58,772 nucleotides of DNA from Flavobacterium sp. (GTDB lineage Bacteria > Bacteroidota > Bacteroidia > Flavobacteriales > Flavobacteriaceae): the NCBI RefSeq assembly GCF_035343975.1, contig NZ_DAORAB010000002.1; one strand, written 5' to 3'. Positions 36,388 to 46,033 of this stretch are shown here, piece by piece. Every line of letters starts with the position of its first letter. Position 1 is the stretch's first letter. Position numbers and translations under genes: made by a program. The notes under the pieces are model-generated. The model saw only the letters and a program-made list of their open reading frames with translations, did no database searches and was not told the DNA's origin.

Positions 36388-37740
36388 ATGAGATCCACTT
36401 TCCTGTTACTTTTCGTTTTAATGACTTCTTATGGGAATTCACAAACCAATCCTATAATCACACAATGGCTTCGCAATACCACTGGAATTACAGGACGTCA
36501 TTATGTTTCGGGGAACTCAACTCCAATTACCGATGCTGTTGCAGCTAATGTGCAAACTGTTCAATATTCAACCAATTGGGTTTACGTAACAACAAACTGT
36601 ATTCCGGCTTATATTACCGGACCTTTTTTAGACGGAAACCCTTCATTAGCCACTTCACAAAACGGAGCTATATTTAAATTCCCTTTAAACCCAACACAAA
36701 ATACCGGAACTCCAACAGCTACGACAGGCGGTAATATTGGTTTGTTTAAAAACGGTGTAGCACTGTTTGATTATCGTGATGGTGTTTCCTGGAAGAACAG
36801 CACGCAAACTCTGTGTGGCGGACCAATACAACCGGCATGTACTGGTGATGGTGTTTGGAACCGCGATGCTGTTCTGGCTGAAAAAGGCGGCTTTGACTGT
36901 TCAAAAGCACATCCGGCCATGGGTAATTATCATCATCATCAAAATCCGAGTGCCTTTAATTTGGATTTGGTAGTAATTTCAACTGTCTGCAGTACCTATC
37001 CTTCCGATGGTTTGTATGTAATTAATCCTGCGGAACATTCACCACTAATTGGTTTTGCTTACGATGGTTTTCCAATCTACGGAGCTTATGGTTATGCAAA
37101 TACTGACGGAACCGGTGGAATCGTCCGAATGAAATCAAGCTACCAACTGCGTAACATCACAACCCGCACTGTTTATGCAAACGGAACGGATGTAACTGAT
37201 GGTCCGGCTGTGAGCACTACTTATCCGTTGGGTTATTTCAGGGAAGATTATGAATATATTGCACATCCATCTGATCCAAGTTATCTGGATGAACATAATG
37301 GCCGGTTTTGTGTAACACCCGAATATCCTTCAGGCATCTATTGTTACTTTGCGACAGTAGACGCTAATCATAATTCGGCTTATCCTTATGTGGTTGGTCC
37401 AACATTCTATGGAAATAAAACTGCTGTAAAAGTCACGACCATTAGTGAAAGTACTACTCAATATACTTTAGCAAATGCTGACTATAATCTGTCAAAACTA
37501 AACATCAAAATCTACCCAAATCCGGCACAGGATTTTATCGCCATTCAATCGGATATGATTGAAGATAATTTAGATGTCTCTCTCATAGATGAATTAGGTA
37601 AAGTAATACGGACTAATAAAATCCTTCAGGGAAGTACATTGGCAATTATAGACTTAACCAATGTCACGAACGGAGTGTATTTTATTAAGATAGCAGGTAA
37701 AAAGGATGATAAAACGTTCAAGATAATAGTTAACAAATAA
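36388..37740 (+). CDS. YHYH-family protein with T9SS type A sorting domain
   Basis: Signal peptide, HP...YHHH, HSPLIGFAYDGFPIYG, LDEHNG, CTD IYPNP...GVYFIKI...FKIIV. Confidence 0.85.
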   Translation: MRSTFLLLFVLMTSYGNSQTNPIITQWLRNTTGITGRHYVSGNSTPITDAVAANVQTVQYSTNWVYVTTNCIPAYITGPFLDGNPSLATSQNGAIFKFPLNPTQNTGTPTATTGGNIGLFKNGVALFDYRDGVSWKNSTQTLCGGPIQPACTGDGVWNRDAVLAEKGGFDCSKAHPAMGNYHHHQNPSAFNLDLVVISTVCSTYPSDGLYVINPAEHSPLIGFAYDGFPIYGAYGYANTDGTGGIVRMKSSYQLRNITTRTVYANGTDVTDGPAVSTTYPLGYFREDYEYIAHPSDPSYLDEHNGRFCVTPEYPSGIYCYFATVDANHNSAYPYVVGPTFYGNKTAVKVTTISESTTQYTLANADYNLSKLNIKIYPNPAQDFIAIQSDMIEDNLDVSLIDELGKVIRTNKILQGSTLAIIDLTNVTNGVYFIKIAGKKDDKTFKIIVNK

Positions 37741-37743
37741 TTT

Positions 37744-38919
37744 ATGAGAACAAGTTGGATTTTATTTTTAGCCATAGCTTCTTTATGGTCTTGCAGCAAT
37801 AGCTCGGAAAATTATATTGATCCGTATGCCAATGTAAAAGCTACATTTGGCACAAACATCGATTTGAATAATCTGGCAAATTATGCCAATCAAAGCATTC
37901 CGGCTTACATAACTAAAGATAATACAGCGGGAAATCCGATTACTGACAAAGGCGCAACATTAGGACGGATTTTATTTTATGATAAAAATTTATCTTCCAA
38001 TAATGCCATTTCGTGTTCAAGCTGTCACCAGCAGGCAAATGCTTTTGGTGATACTAATGTGGCAAGCAATGGTGTCAACGGAACTACCGGAAGACATGCC
38101 ATGCGTTTGATTAATGCCCGATTTGCCATAGAAAATAAATTCTTTTGGGATGAACGTGCCGCTTCGTTAGAGATTCAAACTACCCAGCCTATTCGAAACC
38201 ATAACGAAATGGGATATAGCGGAACAAATGGTGATGAAGATTTTAGTGCTTTAGTAACCAAACTAAGCCAAATTAGCTATTATAAAGAGCTTTTCAAATT
38301 TGTATACGGCACTGAAGAAATTACCGAAAATAAAATTCAGTTAGCATTAGCACAATTTGTTCGAAGCATTCAGTCATTTGATAGTAAATATGATGCCGGA
38401 AGAGCTCAGGTAGCAGCAGATAATCAACCCTTCCCAAATTTTACAGCTCAGGAAAATCAGGGAAAACAATTGTTTATGGCTCCGCCCGTTTTTGACGCTA
38501 CAGGAAGTAGAACAAGTGGAGGATTTGGGTGTGCAGGTTGTCACGCAGCTCCCGAATTTGATATCGCTCCAAACTCAGGCAACAATGGAATCATAGGTGT
38601 ATTGAACGGAACTGGTATCGATATTACCAATACACGGGCTCCATCACTTAGAGACATTTTAAAACAAAACGGCACGCTCAACGGACCGCTTATGCATACC
38701 GGAGTCTTTACAGATTTACAAACGCTTATTGGGCATTATGGAACCATCAATATAGCTCCGGGAAATACAAATCTCGACCCAAAACTACGCCCGAACGGTT
38801 TTGGCCAGCAGCTTAATCTTACTGCTACTGAAGTCAATGCATTGATGGCATTTTTGAAAACACTTTCAGGATCGAATGTATATACTGATATAAAATGGTC
38901 TAATCCGTTTCCGAATTAG
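37744..38919 (+). CDS. Second di-heme bCcP/MauG-family enzyme, lipoprotein
   Basis: Lipobox SLWSC, CSSCH and CAGCH, FFWDERA, MHTGVFTDL. Confidence 0.88.
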   Translation: MRTSWILFLAIASLWSCSNSSENYIDPYANVKATFGTNIDLNNLANYANQSIPAYITKDNTAGNPITDKGATLGRILFYDKNLSSNNAISCSSCHQQANAFGDTNVASNGVNGTTGRHAMRLINARFAIENKFFWDERAASLEIQTTQPIRNHNEMGYSGTNGDEDFSALVTKLSQISYYKELFKFVYGTEEITENKIQLALAQFVRSIQSFDSKYDAGRAQVAADNQPFPNFTAQENQGKQLFMAPPVFDATGSRTSGGFGCAGCHAAPEFDIAPNSGNNGIIGVLNGTGIDITNTRAPSLRDILKQNGTLNGPLMHTGVFTDLQTLIGHYGTINIAPGNTNLDPKLRPNGFGQQLNLTATEVNALMAFLKTLSGSNVYTDIKWSNPFPN

Positions 38920-38994
38920 TATTAAAATAATAGTTGACAGATGATAGTTTAAAAAGTAGGTAAGTGTAATTTTTTTATGAGCCATCTGGAAGCG

Positions 38995-39022
38995 AAAACT
39001 CCCGATTTCAATCGGGAGTTTT
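38995..39022. terminator. Bidirectional intrinsic terminator
   Basis: AAAACTCCCGAT-TTCA-ATCGGGAGTTTT between convergent genes. Confidence 0.8.
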
Positions 39023-40720
39023 TTATTTCTTTAAAAACTTGGCATTTGTCGTTCCTTTATCCGTATTGACTTTTATAAAATAAGTACCGGTTTTTAAATC
39101 TGAAACATCAATTGTCGAAACATTTTCTGCATTAGGAATTGCGATTACTATTTGCCCAAGAACATCATAAAAATTAATTGATTTCACTATCAATTGGTTA
39201 GTGTTTTCTAACTGTAAAAAGTCTTTGGCCGGATTAGGAGAAAATACCAATTTTGAATTTTCAAATTGGTTTGTTCCCAACTCACAAGCTGAATCAACTG
39301 TACAGCCTGTATAGCCATAGATACTTAATAAATTTTGAACAAAATTGATGTTAAAGGAGTCAACACAAATGTATTGCAAATTAGGGGTTCCTCCGATAAA
39401 CAAATTAGGATAAGGTGGTTCATGTGGGCTACCATCCTGAAATTGTGCTCCATTTTTAGCTAATATGGTTGTTAAATTAGGATTATTCCAGCAACTAATT
39501 CTGGCTCCCTCTGCGAGAGCCATAACATTTGTGTTAATCGTAGTTAAATTATTGTAGCCGCAATCTAATATAAATAAAGTGCCCAAAGAATTTCCGCTTC
39601 CTGTCAAATCAAGGGAAGTTAAATTATTATATTGACAATCAATTTCTGTTATATTCGGCAAATTAGTAGCTGCCAACGATGTCAAAAGATTATGACTACA
39701 AACAACCGAATTAAGTCTGGCACAATTATTAAACAAGAAGGTTTCTAATTGATTATAACTGCAGTCTACATAAGATAAATTTTGGTTAGCAGTCAGGTTT
39801 AAAGTGGTTAACTGATTATTACTGCAAATCAAATTGTGTAATGCGGGGTTTGAAGAAACATCTAAACTTGTTAATGAATTATGATATATAATCAAACTAT
39901 TCAAATTGCTGTTTTGGGTAAGGTCAATATTCGTTAGTTGATTGTTATAAATATATAATGACGTAAGTGCTGTATTATGAGATATATCAATAGTCGTCAA
40001 TTGATTTCCCATACAATACAACTCAGTCAGTGCAGTATTTTGAGTAACATCTAAATTGTTTAGTTGGTTAAACCCGCAGCGCAAAACAATTAAAGCAGTG
40101 TTAGCTGAGACATCCAAAGAGTTTATCAGGCTACCGGTAACACTTAGTTCTTTTAAGTTAATATTATGACTAACATCAATACTCCCTAATTGATTGCCAT
40201 AAAACCTCAATACTTTCAGATTGGAATTCTGCTCTAAATTTAGGCTTGTAATTTGTCCGTCATAACAATCAAGCATAACCAGATTAGGGTTTTGGGAAAC
40301 ATCGATACTTGACAATTGACCATGCCCACAATACAATCCTCTTAAAGCCGAATTTTGTGATGTGTTTATGTTTGTTATTGGATTGTAATAAACATTTAAA
40401 AATTCCAGATTTGCAAATGCTTCAAGTCCTGTTAAATCCGAAATATTTGAATTTTGTAATTGCAACACCTTTATAGCCTGAGCTTCTGAAACCTGAATTT
40501 CACCATCATTATTGCTGTCTATTGAATTGTATGTTGAAAATTGCCAATAGATATAAGTAAAAGGCTCTACAAATGTTGGACTCGCAGTAGATGCAATAGT
40601 ATTACTTGCATTTGCAGCCAATAATTTTGCCTTCAAATTTGCATCCGGAATGTTTACGATTTGGGCTTTACTTGCCAAAGTCATAAAAAACAAACTTAAA
40701 AAAAGATAAAGCTGCCTCAT
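39023..40720 (-). CDS. Leucine-rich-repeat protein with T9SS sorting domain
   Basis: IPDANLK cap, ~21-aa LxxLxCxxNQLxxLD repeats, CTD FSPNP...GTYFIKV...KFLKK; start moved to ATG 40720 downstream of TATATTTG (40739-40746). Confidence 0.9.
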   Translation of the reverse strand: MRQLYLFLSLFFMTLASKAQIVNIPDANLKAKLLAANASNTIASTASPTFVEPFTYIYWQFSTYNSIDSNNDGEIQVSEAQAIKVLQLQNSNISDLTGLEAFANLEFLNVYYNPITNINTSQNSALRGLYCGHGQLSSIDVSQNPNLVMLDCYDGQITSLNLEQNSNLKVLRFYGNQLGSIDVSHNINLKELSVTGSLINSLDVSANTALIVLRCGFNQLNNLDVTQNTALTELYCMGNQLTTIDISHNTALTSLYIYNNQLTNIDLTQNSNLNSLIIYHNSLTSLDVSSNPALHNLICSNNQLTTLNLTANQNLSYVDCSYNQLETFLFNNCARLNSVVCSHNLLTSLAATNLPNITEIDCQYNNLTSLDLTGSGNSLGTLFILDCGYNNLTTINTNVMALAEGARISCWNNPNLTTILAKNGAQFQDGSPHEPPYPNLFIGGTPNLQYICVDSFNINFVQNLLSIYGYTGCTVDSACELGTNQFENSKLVFSPNPAKDFLQLENTNQLIVKSINFYDVLGQIVIAIPNAENVSTIDVSDLKTGTYFIKVNTDKGTTNAKFLKK

Positions 40721-40758
40721 ACTAAAAGATTTGATACTCAAATATATGGTTTTTAGAT

Positions 40759-40787
40759 AAAAAAAGCCTCACAAATGTGAAGCTTTT
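40759..40787 (-). terminator. Intrinsic terminator of sucD
   Basis: Minus strand AAAAGCTTCACA-TT-TGTGAGGCTTTTTTT. Confidence 0.7.
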
Positions 40788-40811
40788 AATTAATATAATG
40801 TATAGAGAAAA

Positions 40812-41684
40812 TTATCCCATTACTTCTTTCACTTTTTTACCAATCTCAGCTGGTGAATCAACTACGTGGATTCCGTTTTCTCTCATGATTCTTTTCTTAG
40901 CTTCTGCTGTATCATCAGCACCGCCAACAATAGCTCCGGCATGTCCCATGGTTCTTCCTTTTGGAGCCGTTTCACCTGCAATAAAACCAACAACCGGTTT
41001 GCGGTTACCGTCAGCCTTAATCCATTTCGCAGCATCAGCTTCCAATTGACCTCCAATTTCACCAATCATAACGATACATTTAGTTTCAGGGTCATTCATT
41101 AATAACTCAACAGCTTCTTTTGTAGTAGTTCCGATGATTGGATCACCACCAATTCCGATAGCTGTTGTGATTCCCAAACCTTGTTTTACAACCTGATCGG
41201 CAGCTTCATAAGTCAATGTACCCGATTTTGAAACAATCCCTACTCCACCCTTTTTAAATACAAAGCCCGGCATAATGCCAACCTTAGCTTCTTCCGGAGT
41301 GATAACTCCAGGACAATTTGGACCAACCAATCTGCAGTCTCTGTCTTTTACATAAGCATAAGCCTTAATCATATCAGCAACTGGAATTCCTTCTGTAATA
41401 GCAATGATTACTTTAATTCCCGCGTCAGCTGCTTCCATGATTGCATCGGCAGCAAAAGCCGGCGGAACAAAAATAATAGAAGTATCTGCCCCTGCTTTTT
41501 CAACAGCATCTTTTACCGTATTGAAAACAGGCTTGTCCAGGTGCGTAGTGCCACCTTTTCCGGGCGTAACGCCACCAACAACATTGGTGCCATATTCAAT
41601 CATTTGGGTTGCGTGGAAAGTCCCTTCGCTACCTGTAAATCCCTGAACTATTATTTTTGAATTTTTATTGACTAAAACGCTCAT
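40812..41684 (-). CDS. sucD: Succinyl-CoA ligase alpha subunit
   Basis: [26 protein letters not shown] phospho-His. Confidence 0.97.
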   Translation of the reverse strand: MSVLVNKNSKIIVQGFTGSEGTFHATQMIEYGTNVVGGVTPGKGGTTHLDKPVFNTVKDAVEKAGADTSIIFVPPAFAADAIMEAADAGIKVIIAITEGIPVADMIKAYAYVKDRDCRLVGPNCPGVITPEEAKVGIMPGFVFKKGGVGIVSKSGTLTYEAADQVVKQGLGITTAIGIGGDPIIGTTTKEAVELLMNDPETKCIVMIGEIGGQLEADAAKWIKADGNRKPVVGFIAGETAPKGRTMGHAGAIVGGADDTAEAKKRIMRENGIHVVDSPAEIGKKVKEVMG

Positions 41685-41746
41685 GTTTGTGTTTGTTTAT
41701 TGTGTTTATTGTTTTTGATTCCAAGTATGGTGTAACTAATTTGCCG

Positions 41747-41795
41747 AATGTCCACTGGACATTTATTTCATACCGTTCGACCTTCGGTCTTGGGT
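41747..41795 (-). repeat. Short structured dispersed motif, copy 2, with adjacent palindrome in the sucD leader
   Basis: Minus strand ACCCAAGACCGAAGGTCGAACGGTATGAAAT, then the dyad AATGTCCA-G-TGGACATT. Confidence 0.65.
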
Positions 41796-41819
41796 CTCCT
41801 CTTAATATCAAATGTGTTG

Positions 41820-41827
41820 CAAAAGTA
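41820..41827 (-). promoter_or_regulatory. sigma-A -7 element TACTTTTG for sucD
   Basis: TAnnTTTG about 135 nt upstream of sucD. Confidence 0.55.
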
Positions 41828-41874
41828 GAAAATAGTAATTAGTAATTGATGATTAACAATTAGTTTTTTTCTGT

Positions 41875-42234
41875 TTAAAGTTGACTCATTTGATAGCCTC
41901 TGTAAAGCTTATTGTTTTTTAATTCCCATATAACCATAAAGTGTGCTAACAGCATTTCTTCTCTTGGGTTTTCAATGGTTTTTACATAGTGTGAATAACG
42001 TACAGAAACAGTATTTCCTTCTTCTAAAATATGGGTAATCCTTGCTTTAGAACGAACATAAGCTTTGCTTAATTCTGTAGTCAAATCGATAATTTCCTGA
42101 TGCTTCAGCTTTAGGAAACCTTTAGAACTATGCCACTCCAAAACCACATCGTCATGCAGCAATTTTGACACGGTTGCTGAATCCAATAATGCATCTGATT
42201 TATAAAATTCCTGAACGATTTCTTTAGCGCTCAT
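41875..42234 (-). CDS. NTF2/SnoaL-like protein
   Basis: KEIVQEFY, LLHDDVV, EGNTV, WELKNNKL fold pattern. Confidence 0.8.
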   Translation of the reverse strand: MSAKEIVQEFYKSDALLDSATVSKLLHDDVVLEWHSSKGFLKLKHQEIIDLTTELSKAYVRSKARITHILEEGNTVSVRYSHYVKTIENPREEMLLAHFMVIWELKNNKLYRGYQMSQL

Positions 42235-42235
42235 T

Positions 42236-43165
42236 TTATTTAAGTTTGTTTAAAATTTCCGGTATTCTTTTAACGTTGGCTAACTGTTTTAGTTTTTCCC
42301 TTGATTCTTCTATTGGTGTTCCAAAATAGCTTTTTCCACCTTCAACCGATTTGGTTACTCCGGTTTGTCCCATAATAACAGCTTTGGAACCAATTGTAAT
42401 TCCGCTTGTCGTACCAACCTGTCCCCACATGGTTACTTCATCTTCAATAACAACGCAACCTGCAATTCCTGTTTGTGACGCAATCAGGCATTTCTTTCCA
42501 ATGATTGTGTCATGTCCGACATGTACCTGATTATCAATTTTTGTTCCGGCACCGATAGTTGTGTCTCCGGTAACGCCTTTATCTATGGTGCACGCAGCAC
42601 CTATTCCAACATTGTCTTCAATAACAACCCTTCCGCCAGAAAGCAATTGGTCAAATCCTTCAGGACGCTTTTTGTAATAAAAGGCATCAGCGCCAAGAAT
42701 AGTTCCCGAATGGATAATTACATTATCGCCAATTACCGTATTGTCATACACAATTACATTCGCGTGAAGCAGACAGTTTTTACCAATAGTTACATTATGT
42801 CCAATAAAACAATTAGGCTGAATAATACTTCCTTCTCCAATTTTAGCTGATTCAGAAATACTGACACTCGCTGAAACAAACGGGCGAAAATGTTTGGTTA
42901 GTTTATTAAAATCTCTAAACGGATCATCAGAAATCAACAAAGCTTTGCCAGCAGGACAATCCACTTCTTTGTTAATTAAAACAATAGTTGCCGCCGATTC
43001 TAAAGCTTTGTCGTAATACTTTGGATGATCAACAAAAACAATATCACCTGGTGTAACCACATGGATTTCGTTCATGCCGTGAACAGCAAAATCATCAGCA
43101 CCAACATATTGGCAACCGATGATTTCAGCGATTTCTTTAAGTGTATGTATTTTAGGAAATTTCAT
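42236..43165 (-). CDS. LpxD-like acyltransferase paralog
   Basis: LpxD-type N-domain, hexapeptide repeats, KIDNQVHVGHD. Confidence 0.85.
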   Translation of the reverse strand: MKFPKIHTLKEIAEIIGCQYVGADDFAVHGMNEIHVVTPGDIVFVDHPKYYDKALESAATIVLINKEVDCPAGKALLISDDPFRDFNKLTKHFRPFVSASVSISESAKIGEGSIIQPNCFIGHNVTIGKNCLLHANVIVYDNTVIGDNVIIHSGTILGADAFYYKKRPEGFDQLLSGGRVVIEDNVGIGAACTIDKGVTGDTTIGAGTKIDNQVHVGHDTIIGKKCLIASQTGIAGCVVIEDEVTMWGQVGTTSGITIGSKAVIMGQTGVTKSVEGGKSYFGTPIEESREKLKQLANVKRIPEILNKLK

Positions 43166-43170
43166 ATTTG

Positions 43171-43243
43171 ATTTGAGAATTTGAAAATTTGAAGATTTGA
43201 AGATGATTAATTTTCAAATCTTCAAATCAATTAATCTTCAAAT
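43171..43243. repeat. Inverted octamer tandem arrays
   Basis: ATTTGA(GA/AA/AG/AG) x4 facing TTTCAAAT, CTTCAAAT, CAATTAAT, CTTCAAAT. Confidence 0.75.
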
Positions 43244-43246
43244 TAA

Positions 43247-43807
43247 TTATACTCGCTCCATATATTTACCGGTAGCGGTATCAATCTTGATTTTGTCGCC
43301 TTCGTTGATAAACAACGGAACATTTACAGAAGCTCCGGTTTCAACTTTGGCCGGTTTAGTAGCATTGGTTGCTGTATTTCCTTTTATTCCCGGCTCAGCA
43401 TAAGTAACTTCCAAAACAATTGAAGCCGGCATGTCAACAGAAAGTGGCAATTCGGTTTCTGTGTTAATCTGAACCATTACATTTGTTCCTTCTTTTAATA
43501 ATTCGGGAGCGTCAAGGATATCCTTATCCAAAGTGATTTGCTCATAAGTTTCAACATTCATAAAGTGAAACTGATTACCTTCAGCGTATAAATATTGGAA
43601 ATTTTGTGTTTCAACTCTAACAGTATCAATTTTGTGACCTGCTGAAAATGTATTATCCAGAACTTTTCCATTCGTTAAGCTTTTCAATTTGGTTCTAACG
43701 AATGCCGGACCTTTACCCGGTTTCACATGAAGGAATTCGATAATTTTATAAATATCGTGATTGAACTTAATGCATAATCCGTTTCTAATATCTGATGTAG
43801 ATGCCAT
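43247..43807 (-). CDS. efp: Elongation factor P
   Basis: HVKPGKGPAFVR, KPAKVETG, VPLFINEGD. Confidence 0.97.
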   Translation of the reverse strand: MASTSDIRNGLCIKFNHDIYKIIEFLHVKPGKGPAFVRTKLKSLTNGKVLDNTFSAGHKIDTVRVETQNFQYLYAEGNQFHFMNVETYEQITLDKDILDAPELLKEGTNVMVQINTETELPLSVDMPASIVLEVTYAEPGIKGNTATNATKPAKVETGASVNVPLFINEGDKIKIDTATGKYMERV

Positions 43808-43838
43808 TGTAATGTATGTTTATTGTTTTTTTTAATTT

Positions 43839-44624
43839 TTAATATGAGCCCGAGTAACCTTTCATGATTCCTCTTGAAGAATTTCTTATGAAATCTAAAA
43901 TTTCATCACGCTCCGGTGATGCCGACATTTCGGCTTCAATAATTCCAACTGCTTGTGAAGTATTATAATTTTTTTGATACAGAATTCTGTAAATGTCTTG
44001 TATTTCCCTAATCTTTTCAGATGAAAATCCTCTTCGTCGCAAGCCAACTGAATTGATACCGACATAAGAAAGTGGTTCTTTCGCAGCTTTGGTATAAGGT
44101 GGCACGTCTTTACGAACCAATGAACCTCCTGAAATCATCGCGTGATCGCCAATGTGGATGAACTGATGAATCGCTGCCAAGCCTCCAATGATGGCAAAGT
44201 TTCCAACTATTACATGTCCGGCCAAAGCCACACCATTAACAATGATGGCATTATCTCCAATATGACAGTCGTGAGCAATGTGTGCTGTAGCCATGATCAA
44301 ACAATTGTTTCCAATCTTTGTTTGGCCCGAAGCTATCGTTCCTCTATTTATTGTAACACACTCTCTTACAGTTGTATTATCTCCAATTATTGCAAGTGAT
44401 TCTTCTCCTCCGAATTTCAAATCCTGAGGAACAGCAGCAATGACAGCTCCCGGAAAAATATTGCAGTTCTTCCCAATTCTTGCACCTTCCATTATGGTTA
44501 CATTAGAACCAATCCAGGTTCCCTCTCCAATAACCACATTATTATGAATGGTTGTGAATGGTTCAATGACTACATTCTTTGCAATTTTTGCTCCCGGATG
44601 TACGTATGCTAAAGGTTGGTTCAT
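43839..44624 (-). CDS. lpxA: UDP-N-acetylglucosamine acyltransferase
   Basis: PQDLKF, RECVTINRGT, HIAHDC, IHQF. Confidence 0.95.
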   Translation of the reverse strand: MNQPLAYVHPGAKIAKNVVIEPFTTIHNNVVIGEGTWIGSNVTIMEGARIGKNCNIFPGAVIAAVPQDLKFGGEESLAIIGDNTTVRECVTINRGTIASGQTKIGNNCLIMATAHIAHDCHIGDNAIIVNGVALAGHVIVGNFAIIGGLAAIHQFIHIGDHAMISGGSLVRKDVPPYTKAAKEPLSYVGINSVGLRRRGFSSEKIREIQDIYRILYQKNYNTSQAVGIIEAEMSASPERDEILDFIRNSSRGIMKGYSGSY

Positions 44625-44627
44625 AGT

Positions 44628-46016
44628 TTATTGTTTTTTTACTATTTGTGCCATTAACTCTGCTTCGGCTACTAATTTTCCATTAGCGTAAGCACTTGCC
44701 TGCATGTGGCAAATTCCTCTACGGATTGGCGAAATCAAATCACATTTAAATACAAGAGTATCGCCTGGCAATACTTTATGTTTAAACTTCACGTTGTCAA
44801 TTTTCATGAAGTAGGTTAGGTAATTTTCGGGATCAGGGACAGAACTCAAGATTAAGATTCCACCCGATTGTGCCATTGCTTCTACAATAATAACACCCGG
44901 CATTACAGGTGCCCCGGGAAAATGTCCAACAAAGAATGTTTCATTCATTGTTACATTTTTCAAACCAACTACGTGGCTGTCCGACATTTCAATAATCCTG
45001 TCGATGAACAAAAATGGCGGTCTGTGCGGAAGAATACTCATAATTTTATGAATATCCATTAAAGGCTCTTTGTTTAAATCATAAACCGGAATTTGATTTT
45101 TCTGTTCAATCTTAATCATTTTGGACAATTTTTTTGCAAACTGTGTATTAACAAAATGTCCGGGTTTGTTAGCAATTACTTTTCCTTTAATACGGGTACC
45201 CACCAAAGCTAAATCTCCAATAACGTCAAGCAGTTTGTGACGTGCCGCTTCATTTGGATAATGTAAGGTAAGATTATCTAAGATGCCGTTAGGTTTTACC
45301 GATATAGAATCTTTTCCAAATGCAACCTTAAGGTTTTCAATTGTTTTTGGCGAGATTTCTTTATCAACATAAACAATTGCGTTATTTAAATCGCCTCCTT
45401 TAATCAGACCATTATCCAGCAATGTCTCTAATTCATGCAGAAAACTAAACGTTCGGGCATCGGCAATCTCAGTTTTAAAGTCTGAAATATTTTTCATCGT
45501 CGCATTTTGAGTACCCAAAACTTTGGTTCCAAAATCAACCATAGTTGTCACCTGGTAATCATCCGCAGGCATTAAAAGAATTTCACTTCCTGTAGTTTCA
45601 TCTGTAAAAGAAATAACTTCTTTAACTATATAATAATTGCGCTCAGCATCCTGTTCTACAACTCCGGCTTTCTCGATTGCTTCAACAAAATACTTAGATG
45701 AACCGTCCATAATTGGCGGTTCCGATTCGTTTAGTTCTATGATTACATTATCAACATCGCAACCTACGAAAGCTGCAAGAACATGCTCTGACGTTTGGAT
45801 TTTTACTCCTAATTTTTCAAGGTTTGTTCCTCTTTGCGTGTTTACAACATAATTGGCATCCGCTTCAATTATTGGACTTCCTTCTAAATCTACTCTCACA
45901 AAAGTATAACCGTTATTCACAGGCGCCGGTTTGAAAGTCATTTTAACTTCCTTTCCGGTGTGCAATCCAACTCCGGTAAGGGAAATTTCGTTTTGGATGG
46001 TTTTTTGTTTAACCAT
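44628..46016 (-). CDS. lpxC-fabZ: Bifunctional LpxC/FabZ
   Basis: GVGLHTG, EHVLAA, RHKLLD (LpxC); LPHRPPFL, GHFPGAPVMPGV (FabZ). Confidence 0.96.
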   Translation of the reverse strand: MVKQKTIQNEISLTGVGLHTGKEVKMTFKPAPVNNGYTFVRVDLEGSPIIEADANYVVNTQRGTNLEKLGVKIQTSEHVLAAFVGCDVDNVIIELNESEPPIMDGSSKYFVEAIEKAGVVEQDAERNYYIVKEVISFTDETTGSEILLMPADDYQVTTMVDFGTKVLGTQNATMKNISDFKTEIADARTFSFLHELETLLDNGLIKGGDLNNAIVYVDKEISPKTIENLKVAFGKDSISVKPNGILDNLTLHYPNEAARHKLLDVIGDLALVGTRIKGKVIANKPGHFVNTQFAKKLSKMIKIEQKNQIPVYDLNKEPLMDIHKIMSILPHRPPFLFIDRIIEMSDSHVVGLKNVTMNETFFVGHFPGAPVMPGVIIVEAMAQSGGILILSSVPDPENYLTYFMKIDNVKFKHKVLPGDTLVFKCDLISPIRRGICHMQASAYANGKLVAEAELMAQIVKKQ

Positions 46017-46033
46017 TGTATGCGTATTTAAGT

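Noticed and set aside
44628-46016. LpxC-FabZ fusion as a novelty
   Set aside because: Standard arrangement in Bacteroidota
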